The notes beneath the pieces were generated by a model. It was given only the letters and a program-made list of their open reading frames with translations, was not told the DNA's origin and did no database searches. Shown here piece by piece: positions 10,685-20,177 of a stretch of 64,000 bases of DNA. The stretch spans positions 1,504,001 through 1,568,000 of the forward strand of contig CAWDTA010000002.1 in the NCBI GenBank assembly GCA_963805085.1, written 5' to 3'. Made by a program: the position numbers and the translations under genes. Each line of letters opens with the position of its first letter. The first letter of the stretch is position 1. Source of the stretch: an uncultured Veillonellaceae bacterium. GTDB taxonomy: Bacteria; Bacillota; Negativicutes; JARBTT01.

Positions 10685-10764
10685 TCCCGATGGCTATAGC
10701 GATATTTCACTCCAAAGTGTGAATATCGACTATAACCATCGGGATATACTATTTCTAATGTATT

Positions 10765-12033
10765 TTACCCAGCAATTCTATCTGAAAATAAGATGTTTAA
10801 CTGGTCTAAAACCATATCCCAGTTTCGACATCTTTGCGTCCATCTTTCGACGATTTTCTTTGATGCCAAATATAATATTTTTCTTAAGCTATCGTCATTC
10901 GGAAACGATGGCTTATTTTTTGTTATTTGCCTAAACTGCCGATTCAGTCCTTCAATTATGTTAGTCGTATATATTATTCTTCGTATCTCTGGTGGATATG
11001 CATAAAACGCCGATAATATATCCCAATTTTCTTCCCAACTCTTTATGCACGATGGATACGCTTTTACCCATTTTTCTTTGAATTCCATTAGGTGATTTAA
11101 TGCTTCCTCTTCTGTTACAGATTGATACACTTGCTTTAAATCAACCATCAATTCTTTGATGTCTTTATAGCTTACATATCTTGTACTAGAACGTATTTGG
11201 TGGATAATACAGCGTTGTATTTGTGCTTTTGGATAGGTTGCATTAATTGCTTCTTTAAATCCTTTTAAACCATCTACGCAAAATAGATAAACATCAAGTA
11301 TACCGCGGCTTTTTAGGTCATTTAAGACACCTAGCCAAAACTTACTGCTTTCATGTTCACCTATCCAAATACCTAAAATATCTTTACTTCCATCTAGCGT
11401 AATACCAAGAACAACATAGGCAGCTTTTGTTACGATTTGGTGGTTTTCTTTAATTTTATAATGTATGGCATCCATGAAGATAAAGGGGTAAATTGCTTCA
11501 AGTGGTCTGGCTTGCCAAGCGTTTACATCCGGCATGATTTTTTCACTGATTTTACTTACAAGTTCAGGGGAAATTTCTACATCGTAGAGAATTTTAATTT
11601 GTTCAGCAATATCTCTTTGACTCATACCACAGGCATAAAGAGAGAGTATTTTTTCTTCCATTCCATCGGCATTACGATTGTATTTAGCAATGATTTGCGG
11701 TTCATATTCACCGTTGCGATCACGAGGAATCTTAACGTCGATTTCACCAAGCTGAGTTTTAACAGTCTTTTTAGAATAACCATTACGATAATTTTGTGAC
11801 TTTGATAAATCGACAGAATCGTCCAGATGTTTACTTTTTTCGTAACCAAGTTCTTGATCTAACTCAGATTCCATAACTTGCTGGATAACGTCTTTGAACA
11901 TATCTTTCATGGCTTGCATAATCTCAGTAGTAGAGGTGAAATTTTGGCTTTGTACATACTCTTTCATTAGATCTTTAGGTGCAGTTAACATAGAAAAAAA
12001 CTTCCTTCCAGGTTTGAATTTCTTATATTCCAA
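10765..12033 (-). CDS. IS256-family transposase (element about 10685-12086, one IR lost)
   Basis: RNGYSKKTVKT, IPRDRNG, FMDAIH, CVDGLKG, QRCIIH, YTTNIIE; left end GAGACTTCATAAAATTTTGTGTAAAA at 12086. Confidence 0.93.
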   Translation of the reverse strand: MEYKKFKPGRKFFSMLTAPKDLMKEYVQSQNFTSTTEIMQAMKDMFKDVIQQVMESELDQELGYEKSKHLDDSVDLSKSQNYRNGYSKKTVKTQLGEIDVKIPRDRNGEYEPQIIAKYNRNADGMEEKILSLYACGMSQRDIAEQIKILYDVEISPELVSKISEKIMPDVNAWQARPLEAIYPFIFMDAIHYKIKENHQIVTKAAYVVLGITLDGSKDILGIWIGEHESSKFWLGVLNDLKSRGILDVYLFCVDGLKGFKEAINATYPKAQIQRCIIHQIRSSTRYVSYKDIKELMVDLKQVYQSVTEEEALNHLMEFKEKWVKAYPSCIKSWEENWDILSAFYAYPPEIRRIIYTTNIIEGLNRQFRQITKNKPSFPNDDSLRKILYLASKKIVERWTQRCRNWDMVLDQLNILFSDRIAG

Positions 12034-12166
12034 TTCTTACCTATCGGGAAGTTTTTTATTCTTTTTACACAAAATTTTATGAAGTCTCATCTTTTTGTCA
12101 ATGGACATCTGATTTCCTCATTATGGATCGTTAATAAAGAATTAGTACCAATCGCTAAATAGAATA

Positions 12167-12255
12167 TAAACAGTAAAAGGAAACTCCTACTGAATTCTGT
12201 ATGAATTTGGAAGGAGTTTCCTTTTATGAGAATATGTAAGTTTAGTATCAAAAAG
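12167..12255 (+). repeat. Dispersed repeat copy C (hairpin/promoter part)
   Basis: AAAAGGAAACTCCTACTGAATTCTGTATGAATTTGGAAGGAGTTT...GAGAATATGTAAGTTTA. Confidence 0.9.
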
Positions 12256-12292
12256 AAACTTCTTATATAGCCTTTGAATTTTTCTTTTCCTC

Positions 12293-13108
12293 TCACTTCT
12301 GAGGATCTAATATCTCTCCATCATTATTAATTTTTACGCTTAACGGTTTTCTGAAATATACTCCACAGCCTGTTGGATCATAGACACCTCCCAGACGTTT
12401 CTTTTTATTGAGCTCTTTTTTGAAATCCTCTGATTTTGCTTCATCAATGATTCCTAATTCGATCACTTTACTTGTAACCAGATCAAATACTGATTGGCGG
12501 GCAATATTTGCACTGAGACTTGCCTTTTTATCTATATTCTCCGCACTTTCATAATAGCCATATCCTTCGGCTTCAATCTTCAAACCATCATCTTCTTGCA
12601 TTACTTTTTTGATTACTGCTGGTTTTTGCGGTATATTTTTCTCGATAAACGGATTGAACGCATTAACATCAATAGGTTTTTCACGGAAAGAAAAAAACCA
12701 CTGCGTATATTCTTTGCCTTTGCTTTTTACTGTTTCTTGTTTTTCTTCGATCATCTCTAATGGAATTGTCTCTGTAGAAACATAAAACATGGACGAATCC
12801 AGTCCCAATCGTGAATTATAGACCTTCGTATTATATTCTTTAGCTAATTTTAAACGAACCATATGCCGAGCAAAATCAATTAGCTTTTCATGTGACATGT
12901 TATTATTAAAGTTAACGCGAAAAAAATCTGCGGATGCGCTTTGTTTATAAACTTTTCCTTCCGTAACAAAAATTTCCTCAAACCTTTTTGCTTTGCTCCC
13001 ATCAGAATCCGGTAATGCAAAGGCATATACCGATGAAATAGCCACAAGTTGAATCATAGTAACCAAAATTGTAAGAAGAAATCTATTTCTAACAAAAAAA
13101 CTTCTCAT
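12293..13108 (-). CDS. Hypothetical exported protein
   Basis: Signal-peptide-like N-terminus ending VYA/AFA; start chosen at MRSFF after GGGG. Confidence 0.7.
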   Translation of the reverse strand: MRSFFVRNRFLLTILVTMIQLVAISSVYAFALPDSDGSKAKRFEEIFVTEGKVYKQSASADFFRVNFNNNMSHEKLIDFARHMVRLKLAKEYNTKVYNSRLGLDSSMFYVSTETIPLEMIEEKQETVKSKGKEYTQWFFSFREKPIDVNAFNPFIEKNIPQKPAVIKKVMQEDDGLKIEAEGYGYYESAENIDKKASLSANIARQSVFDLVTSKVIELGIIDEAKSEDFKKELNKKKRLGGVYDPTGCGVYFRKPLSVKINNDGEILDPQK

Positions 13109-13553
13109 TATTAACCCCCATTTTATCATTATCAGTCTAAAAACTTCGCTATTAATATTAGAAAAACCTTTTATTGACAATAGAAATTAACTTTTTATCA
13201 ATGTTTTTTAATCAACAAAACAAAAAAATCTTTAGTAAAATCAGTGTTAGGTGGGATCGATGGTGGAGAAGTATAGTTGAGATTTGTGTTCTGCTAGTTC
13301 CAAGCTATGTGCGTTACTGAAATATAAGGCGATAAAGGTAAATGGAACATAAACACTAAAAAGGAAACTCCTGCTGAATTCTGTATGAATTTGGCGGGAA
13401 TTTTGAGGTTTTATAAGAATATGTAAATTTAATATTAAAAAGTTGATGGCAGGTTGAGGAGGGCGAAGTGGTGGAGGTAGCGTCTTAGGAAAAAGTAACA
13501 AGACGAAATCATCGTCACGGCCATTAAAAAATGGTGGGACAGGGAACCTGTCC

Positions 13554-15215
13554 GAAACCACTGAAAAATGACCATTTTTTAAGTCACTAGAATATTTTTA
13601 TATTTTATAATTCTTTGATGGACATTATTTTTCAAAATTCGGAGTAAATATTCGAAGAAAAAGGATACTAGAGCTGCTATCCTTTTCAAGTTCACTGCCA
13701 AAGCTGTAAGCTTGGCTTGCAGACTCATACTTTTTAGACCATACCCTCGGGCACGGTCTAATCCATGAAAGCGTTTCATTTCTCCATTTTTCCATTCATG
13801 GCTGGCACGTTTTTTATATTTTTCCTTAAATTCGGGTGTCTTTGCCCGTTGATTATGTTCATAATAGTCAGCTGTATTAATTCCAACATCTAAACGTTTT
13901 ACAGATGCTTTTTTGCCAGCACATTCTACTCTATTGGGACAATCTTTACACATAACCTTATTAAATTTATACTTTAGAATTTCTTGCCCCCAGCTACTTT
14001 TCCCATGTTTTTTTGTTATCGTATGATTTCCCATTATACAAAACCACTGATCACTATCCTTGTTATAACTGAATTTACTCTCGTCAATTTTGTATACTGA
14101 CGCACTTACGGGTATAATTGGCTCCACATTGTCTGCCTTTAAAATATCAAGTATCGGTTTACGAAAATACGCTTTGTCACCATAGGCTTCTTTTATATTA
14201 ATTCCACATTCTTTACTTCGATTATATAATTCGCCAAACTTATTTCCATCTACATAAGCACCATCACACGTTTCTATAGCCATAATAATACGTTCTTCTG
14301 GTATCATTGTAAATTCAACTTTATAACCATAAAAACTATCCGTTTTTGATTTATACCCTACACGAGCGTCTTTATCAACAAGTGAGCGTAAGCCTTTTTG
14401 TATGATAAACTTTTCATCGCTTAGTATCTCTTTTGCTTGGACTATCGCTTTTGAAGTTTTTGGCATGGTCGAGATATCAACGTTATTTTCGACTTCTGTC
14501 ATCATGCTTTCCAAAAAAGTTTTCATCATTTCCTTAGCTTCTTTATGATCCACTATTCCCTTATAATCGGGGATAGTGGTATTTATCTCAGGCGATATTT
14601 CTCCTGATTCTTCTTTTATATTTTTAAATATTTTCTTGGCCAAATGTTTCATAATCCGTTCTGGGACTAGCTTCATTGTATTGGCTTTTGCATGAGTGGC
14701 GTCAATTGTTAATCCTGTCCCTTTAATAAGGCCATTTTCGATACATTGGTGTACGACTTCCGTAATAATATTATCAACACTAGTATCTTTGAGTCGCTGT
14801 GTTCTGAATTTTGCAAGTAAGCTTGCATCAGGTAAATCTTCATCTGGGTTGATACCAATAAACCACATATATGCAAGATTCAAAGAGGCTTCTTCTATGA
14901 CTTTTACATCTGATAAATTATACAAATATTGCAATATGAGAAGTTTCGCCATCATTTCAGGTTCCTTTGCTGGACGACCAAAATGCTTGCTGTAGGAGCC
15001 TTCAAGTAATTTATTTATAAAACTGAAATCTACTACTTTATCTATGCTTTTAAGTAAGTGATCATCGGGTATTTTATCATATAAAATTGAATATAAACTT
15101 AATTGTTTCGATGTAGATTTAAGCATACTAAACCCCACTTTCTCAATATATACAATATCTTTATTATACCAAAAATGGGGTATATTTGATATAGTTTGAC
15201 TTTTTCAGTGGTTTC
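13554..15215 (-). mobile_element. Complete IS1182-family element, 15-bp IRs, 10-bp TSD
   Basis: IR GAAACCACTGAAAAA / TTTTTCAGTGGTTTC; TSD GAACCTGTCC at 13544-13553 and 15216-15225. Confidence 0.93.
13579..15138 (-). CDS. IS1182-family transposase
   Basis: DUF772-type N-terminus (GRPAKEP...LSD), IDATH, DKDAR, GDKAY, CKDCP zinc motif, RARGYGL. Confidence 0.92.
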   Translation of the reverse strand: MGFSMLKSTSKQLSLYSILYDKIPDDHLLKSIDKVVDFSFINKLLEGSYSKHFGRPAKEPEMMAKLLILQYLYNLSDVKVIEEASLNLAYMWFIGINPDEDLPDASLLAKFRTQRLKDTSVDNIITEVVHQCIENGLIKGTGLTIDATHAKANTMKLVPERIMKHLAKKIFKNIKEESGEISPEINTTIPDYKGIVDHKEAKEMMKTFLESMMTEVENNVDISTMPKTSKAIVQAKEILSDEKFIIQKGLRSLVDKDARVGYKSKTDSFYGYKVEFTMIPEERIIMAIETCDGAYVDGNKFGELYNRSKECGINIKEAYGDKAYFRKPILDILKADNVEPIIPVSASVYKIDESKFSYNKDSDQWFCIMGNHTITKKHGKSSWGQEILKYKFNKVMCKDCPNRVECAGKKASVKRLDVGINTADYYEHNQRAKTPEFKEKYKKRASHEWKNGEMKRFHGLDRARGYGLKSMSLQAKLTALAVNLKRIAALVSFFFEYLLRILKNNVHQRIIKYKNILVT

Positions 15216-15719
15216 GAACCTGTCCCCTTGTCCCATTTATTGGATATGAACGGTTCCTCGTACAGAGTAAATCATGCTATTGCTAACGATTAGGTGGCTC
15301 AAATATTCATGAGCACAAGTGGTTTAAAATTTCATGAGCGAGTGGCTCACTTTTTCATTGACGTTTATACATCTCATCCTGCACAGTCAAAGTGGTGGGA
15401 TTTTGGAGAAATATATGATGGCGATATTGAAATTTTAATTGAATGTGTTAAATATGTTCTTCTTAAGATGTTGCAATATGAGGCAAATAACAGAAAAGTT
15501 TCTAATAACCCAGATAAATGGTCAAATTGGTTTGCTGATAATGCTAATATGTTATTTGAGGCAGTGTGGTTTCATAGATTGCCTAATGTAATTAGGTAGA
15601 TTATAGAGAATAAATAACATATGAAAGCGTTGAGTGGTGTATAAAAAAGCACTTGATTACGTGGCGAGTTAAATAAATTTATAAATTCTGGCGAGAAAGT
15701 ATTTACATAAATGTCATAA

Positions 15720-15770
15720 AACAAAAAGGGTGATCAGAATAATTTTTTATTCTGCTCACCCTTTTTTGTT
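15720..15770. terminator. Bidirectional intrinsic terminator
   Basis: AACAAAAAGGGTGA...TCACCCTTTTTTGTT downstream of XRE gene. Confidence 0.75.
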
Positions 15771-15782
15771 GCGCCTACCGTC

Positions 15783-16088
15783 TTATTTAATTCCGTATTT
15801 ATAGCAAAGGAATTCCTTAAATAAATCCAATTCTTTTTGTGCATCAGCTGGAAACGCATCTATTTTACTAGTATCCGACTCTTTATCTTCTGAGAAAAAG
15901 TCCGCTAAGCTGATTTCTAGTGCGTTACAAATTTTTTCTAAGGTGATAATTGTAGGAGATTTTTTATTGGACTCGATGTCACTAAGTGCGGCTTGGCTAA
16001 TTACAGCTAATTGATATAGCTTGTATTGGCTAAGTCCTTTTTGTTGTCGGATTTCTACGATTCTATTACCAACATTCATGTTATTCAC
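15783..16088 (-). CDS. XRE-family HTH repressor (CI/ImmR-like)
   Basis: IRQQKGLSQYKL...ISQAALSDIESNKKSP HTH_3 pattern. Confidence 0.92.
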   Translation of the reverse strand: MNNMNVGNRIVEIRQQKGLSQYKLYQLAVISQAALSDIESNKKSPTIITLEKICNALEISLADFFSEDKESDTSKIDAFPADAQKELDLFKEFLCYKYGIK

Positions 16089-16139
16089 CTTCCATATATC
16101 GCTATAGCAATTATAACATAGTTAAAAACAAGAAAATAC

Positions 16140-16181
16140 ATAACTAAAGTGATTGACATTATATAACTAAAGCGATATAAT
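16140..16181 (+). promoter_or_regulatory. Consensus sigmaA promoter overlapped by repeated operator
   Basis: TTGACA 16153 - 17 bp - TATAAT 16176; ATAACTAAAGYGAT at 16140 and 16163. Confidence 0.85.
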
Positions 16182-16204
16182 CTGAATCAAAAGGGGGTGA
16201 GAAT

Positions 16205-16420
16205 TTGAAAAACTTAGTTATATTTCGTAAGGAGAAGAGCTGGTCTCAGAAAAAATTAGCTGAGAAAGCGGGGATTTCACAAACCTATATATCGGAACTT
16301 GAAGCTGAGAAGAAACAACCGACAATTCCGATTGTAGAAAAATTGGCTTTAGCTTTAGGAGTAAGTATTCCAAAACTATTAAATCAAAAGTCTCAATTCC
16401 CAAAAATGATAGTCGGCTAA
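16205..16420 (+). CDS. Small XRE HTH protein (Cro-like)
   Basis: SQKKLAEKAGISQTYISELE; RBS GGGGGTGA, TTG start. Confidence 0.9.
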   Translation: MKNLVIFRKEKSWSQKKLAEKAGISQTYISELEAEKKQPTIPIVEKLALALGVSIPKLLNQKSQFPKMIVG

Positions 16421-16620
16421 GGAAGTGATGTGCTAAATAAAAATCCTACTACCTAAAGTATACCAATAATATTCGCAAAATTCCGTATTTAAAACAAAAT
16501 TGTGATTTGCTTTTACAAAGGAAATAGCAGTGCTTACTTGAAAGGGAATGAGCTATGAGGGACGGTGAAATTTTTGGCTATGGAAATCAGATAACAGAAA
16601 AGTTGAGAGGAGGAATGAGC

Positions 16621-17076
16621 ATGGAGATTGGACAGGTTTTAAATGAGGATTTAATAAATTTGGAGCTAAAAGCGAGGACGAAAGTCGAGGCGATCAGGGA
16701 GCTGATAGAGATGCTCTACAAGCAGGGCAAAGTCAGTGATCGCGATCTGTTTATGCAGGATGTGTATGCGCGGGAATCAGAGGGACGGACTGGGATTGGT
16801 AAGCATGTGGCTATACCGCATGGAAAGTCGGATGCGGTGGCGGTGACTTCGATTGCGATTGGTCGGACTGGGCAGGATTTGGTATGGGAATCTCTCGATG
16901 ACAAGCCAGTTCATATGGTGATTTTGTTTGCGGTGAGGAAGGAGGATAAGACGAAACTGCATTTGAGGTTGTTGGGGCAGGTTGCGTATGCTCTGGCAGA
17001 TGAAGAGATACTAGAGCAATTGCTCATGACCAAGGATAAAAAAGAAGTCATTGCTTTGTTGGCAAGGAACGAATAG
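16621..17076 (+). CDS. PTS fructose-family EIIA
   Basis: RE...TGIG..VAIPHGKS phospho-His motif; RBS GAGGAGG before ATG 16621. Confidence 0.93.
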   Translation: MEIGQVLNEDLINLELKARTKVEAIRELIEMLYKQGKVSDRDLFMQDVYARESEGRTGIGKHVAIPHGKSDAVAVTSIAIGRTGQDLVWESLDDKPVHMVILFAVRKEDKTKLHLRLLGQVAYALADEEILEQLLMTKDKKEVIALLARNE

Positions 17077-17094
17077 CGGAAGGGAGGAGCGTAG

Positions 17095-17409
17095 ATGAAG
17101 ATTGTAGGGGTTGCGGCTTGTACAGCGGGGATTGCTCATACATATATTGCCGCAGAAAAGCTGAGAAAGGGCGCAATGGCGCGGGGGCATGAGGTGCATG
17201 TTGAAACGCAGGGGACGATTGGCGTTGAAAATGAGCTTTCACAGGAACAGATTGATGTGGCGGATTTGGTGATTTTGGCAGTCGATATCAAGATAAACGG
17301 TGAAGAGAGGTTTTCGGGTAAACGTATTGTTCGTGTGAAAACGGCGACTGTGATCAAATCGCCAGTGCAGTTTATGGAGAAAGTAGAAGCGGAGCTTGCG
17401 AAAAACTAA
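17095..17409 (+). CDS. PTS fructose-family EIIB
   Basis: ACTAGIAHTY, VETQG. Confidence 0.95.
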   Translation: MKIVGVAACTAGIAHTYIAAEKLRKGAMARGHEVHVETQGTIGVENELSQEQIDVADLVILAVDIKINGEERFSGKRIVRVKTATVIKSPVQFMEKVEAELAKN

Positions 17410-17436
17410 GAACTAAAGAGGATGAGGTGAAGAAAA

Positions 17437-18534
17437 ATGGCAGCACAACGTAATGTGATTGGAACGATCAAAAAGCATGTACTGACAGGTGTTTCTTATA
17501 TGCTTCCTTTGATTGTTGCCGCAGGAATTTGTATGGCATTGGGACAGGTAGTAGGCAGGTTGATGGGTGGCAATCTGATTGAGGTGCAGGGGTCATTGCC
17601 GTATGTACTCAATCAGATCGGTATTTATGGTTTAGCGTATTTGATTGTGCCTGTAATTTGTGCGTTTATTGCATTTTCTATTTCAGACAGACCGGGGATT
17701 GCACCGGGGCTTATTGTAGGATTTATTTGTACTCAGATTCATGCAGGATTTATTGGTGGGATGGTAGGCGGATTTGTTGTCGGGTATGTAGTCAATGCAA
17801 TCAAGAAATATGTGAAGGTACCTGTTGCGGCACAAGGCTTGATGCCGATCATGATTATTCCGGTATTGTCGACGGTCATTGCGGGACTTGGCATGTACTA
17901 TATTATTGGTCAGCCAATTATTTGGTTGCAGAGCAGTTTGATTCATATGCTTGAGAGTATGCAAAATGGCTCAAAGTTTACTCTGGGGGCGATACTTGGA
18001 GTTATGGCGACGTTTGATTTTGGCGGGCCAGTGAATAAAACAATGTCACTATTTGTGGATGGGCTTTTAGTTGATGGTGTTTATGGGCCGGAGTCGGTGA
18101 AGTTTGTGGGGTCGATGATTCCACCGTTTGGTATCGCGATTTCATATCTCTTGACGAAGGATAAATATACGAGGGCTGAAAAGGAAGCGCTGAAAGCGGC
18201 GTTCCCGATGGGAATCTGCATGATTACGGAAGGCGTGATTCCGATTGCGGCGCGAGATTTGTTTCGGGTGGTGGCTTCTTGTGTTACAGGTTCAGCGATA
18301 GCGGGCGGATTGCTGATGGTCTGGGGTGTGGAGTCGCCAGTACCGCATGGTGGAATGTTTGTTGTGCCGCTGTTTAAAGAACCGTTGTTATTTTGTGCGG
18401 CGCTTTTACTTGGTTCGGTTATTTGCGGTGTGATGTTGTCCTTTTTGAAGAAAAAGGTGACAGAGGCAGATGAAACTTTTGATGATGATGCGGTTCAGGT
18501 AAAAGATGAGGATATCAGTTTTAGTTTGGAATGA
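17437..18534 (+). CDS. PTS fructose-family EIIC
   Basis: TGVSYMLP, FDFGGPVNK, ITEGVIP, PHGG. Confidence 0.95.
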   Translation: MAAQRNVIGTIKKHVLTGVSYMLPLIVAAGICMALGQVVGRLMGGNLIEVQGSLPYVLNQIGIYGLAYLIVPVICAFIAFSISDRPGIAPGLIVGFICTQIHAGFIGGMVGGFVVGYVVNAIKKYVKVPVAAQGLMPIMIIPVLSTVIAGLGMYYIIGQPIIWLQSSLIHMLESMQNGSKFTLGAILGVMATFDFGGPVNKTMSLFVDGLLVDGVYGPESVKFVGSMIPPFGIAISYLLTKDKYTRAEKEALKAAFPMGICMITEGVIPIAARDLFRVVASCVTGSAIAGGLLMVWGVESPVPHGGMFVVPLFKEPLLFCAALLLGSVICGVMLSFLKKKVTEADETFDDDAVQVKDEDISFSLE

Positions 18535-18577
18535 TATTGGTTAAATAAAATAGAGTAAAAAGAGGAGTGGTTTGTTT

Positions 18578-19438
18578 ATGTTAGTAAAAATGTCAGAGTT
18601 GTTAAGAGTTGCGAAAACAGAAAAGTTTGCGGTGGGAGCGTTTAATGTATCGGATAGTTCATTACTTAGAGCGGTGACGGAGGAAGCAGAATCTTCGAAT
18701 TCTCCGGCGATTATTGCGATTCATCCCGATGAACTGAAATTTATTACGGATGAGTTTATGGCGTATGTAATCGAAAGAACGAAAAGAAGTCCTATTCCTT
18801 TTGTGATTCATTTGGATCATGGCGGTTCGTTTGCGGATGTGATGCATGCGATTCATGTAGGCTTTAATTCGGTGATGATTGATGGCTCACGGCTTCCTTA
18901 TGATGAAAATGTTGCATTGACGAAAAAGGTAGTGGAAGCGGCGCATGCGGCAGGTGTTTGTGTCGAGGGAGAACTCGGCACAATCGGGAATACAGGAACC
19001 TCGATTGAGGGTGGCGTTAGTAAGATTACCTATACAGAGCCCACGCAGGCAGAAGAATTCGTAAAAGTAACGGGTGTGGATTCTTTAGCGGTAGCCATTG
19101 GAACGGCACATGGCATTTATCCGAAGAATGTTACCCCGAAATTGCAAATGGACATTTTAAAAGCAATTACCGCAAAAGTAAGTATACCGATTGTACTGCA
19201 CGGTGGTTCGGCAAATCCAGATAAAGAGATTGCCGAGGCAGTTAAACTTGGTGTGCAGAAGGTCAATATTTCTAGTGATATGAAATTTGCCTTTTTCAAA
19301 AAAGCTCGGGAAATCCTGTCGGCGCAGGAATGTTGGGAACCAAATACGATTTATCCGCAGTGTATTGAAGCGGCTAGAGAAGTGATTCGTTTTAAGATGA
19401 ATTTGTTCGGCTCCATTGGGACGGCAAAACGCTACTGA
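18578..19438 (+). CDS. Class II ketose-bisphosphate aldolase
   Basis: HLDHG, EGELG, GTAHG, VLHGGS, KVNI. Confidence 0.93.
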   Translation: MLVKMSELLRVAKTEKFAVGAFNVSDSSLLRAVTEEAESSNSPAIIAIHPDELKFITDEFMAYVIERTKRSPIPFVIHLDHGGSFADVMHAIHVGFNSVMIDGSRLPYDENVALTKKVVEAAHAAGVCVEGELGTIGNTGTSIEGGVSKITYTEPTQAEEFVKVTGVDSLAVAIGTAHGIYPKNVTPKLQMDILKAITAKVSIPIVLHGGSANPDKEIAEAVKLGVQKVNISSDMKFAFFKKAREILSAQECWEPNTIYPQCIEAAREVIRFKMNLFGSIGTAKRY

Positions 19439-19451
19439 GGAGGGAAAATGA

Positions 19452-19994
19452 ATGCCTAATTTGATCTTGAAGGAAGAAGTCGAGGGATTATTTAAAAAAG
19501 CGCATATTGCTTTGACGGCAGAAGAAAAGGAACGATTAGAGTTTACTGATTTTGGCTTTGGTATAGGAAATGTCAGAAAAGAAGGGCTACAGCTTATTGT
19601 TTATTGTAATAATGAACGTTACTGTGCCAAGGATATGGCTCTCTTGCCAAATCAAACCTGTCCAGAACATCGTCATCCGCCAAAGAAAAATGATGCAGAG
19701 GGCAAGATGGAAACGTTTCGTTGTCGTTATGGCAGAGTGTATCTTTATGTAGAAGGGAATGTGACAGAAGGTATATCGGCAGATGTTCCTGAGAAACATA
19801 AAAAATGGTATACGGTAAGACATGAAATTGTTTTGCACGCAGGACAGCAGTATACGATTCCACCGAATACACGTCATTGGTTTCAGGCAGGAGGTAAGGG
19901 GGCAATTGTAAGTGAGTTTTCTTCCCCAAGCGATGATGCTTCGGATATATTTACAAATCCGAAAATACGGCGTGTGGCAGTGGATCGAGTGTAG
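19452..19994 (+). CDS. D-lyxose/D-mannose-type sugar isomerase (cupin)
   Basis: YCAK...QTCPEHRHP...GKMETFRCR...HWFQAG...SEFS..S.D..DIFT.P. Confidence 0.88.
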   Translation: MPNLILKEEVEGLFKKAHIALTAEEKERLEFTDFGFGIGNVRKEGLQLIVYCNNERYCAKDMALLPNQTCPEHRHPPKKNDAEGKMETFRCRYGRVYLYVEGNVTEGISADVPEKHKKWYTVRHEIVLHAGQQYTIPPNTRHWFQAGGKGAIVSEFSSPSDDASDIFTNPKIRRVAVDRV

Positions 19995-20006
19995 AAGCCT
20001 AAGAGG

Positions 20007-20050
20007 TAATAAATCAGGAGCTGTGCATTTGCATAGCTCCTGATTTATTA
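20007..20050. terminator. Intrinsic terminator hairpin
   Basis: TAATAAATCAGGAGCT...AGCTCCTGATTTATTA. Confidence 0.8.
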
Positions 20051-20110
20051 AAGTAGATGGTATGATTATTTGCTCTTATTGGGACTATATTCCTGTTTAT
20101 TGTTTATTTT

Positions 20111-20139
20111 ACAGGAATTTGATTTTTTTCCTTGAATAT
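20111..20139 (+). promoter_or_regulatory. sigmaH-type promoter
   Basis: AGGA-N17-GAAT, same spacing as five other sites in the window. Confidence 0.6.
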
Positions 20140-20177
20140 CAGTTTTTAGAACAAATTATACAATAGGAGTGAAGTAA

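Larger units (their letters stand above)
13351..15370 (+). repeat. Composite repeat copy D, interrupted by IS1182
   Basis: 13351-13553 and 15216-15370 match copy B. Confidence 0.92.

Noticed and set aside
10007-13561. ORFs 10007-10195, 10095-10298, 12087-12296, 13247-13561 (and 30053-30241)
   Set aside because: They are translations of the non-coding dispersed repeat; their shared peptides reflect the DNA repeat
15294-15599. 101-aa ORF as a real gene
   Set aside because: Its N-terminus is read from the IS21 end; at best a chimeric fragment of a truncated gene
15783-16420. Prophage
   Set aside because: Only an XRE pair; no integrase, replication or structural genes
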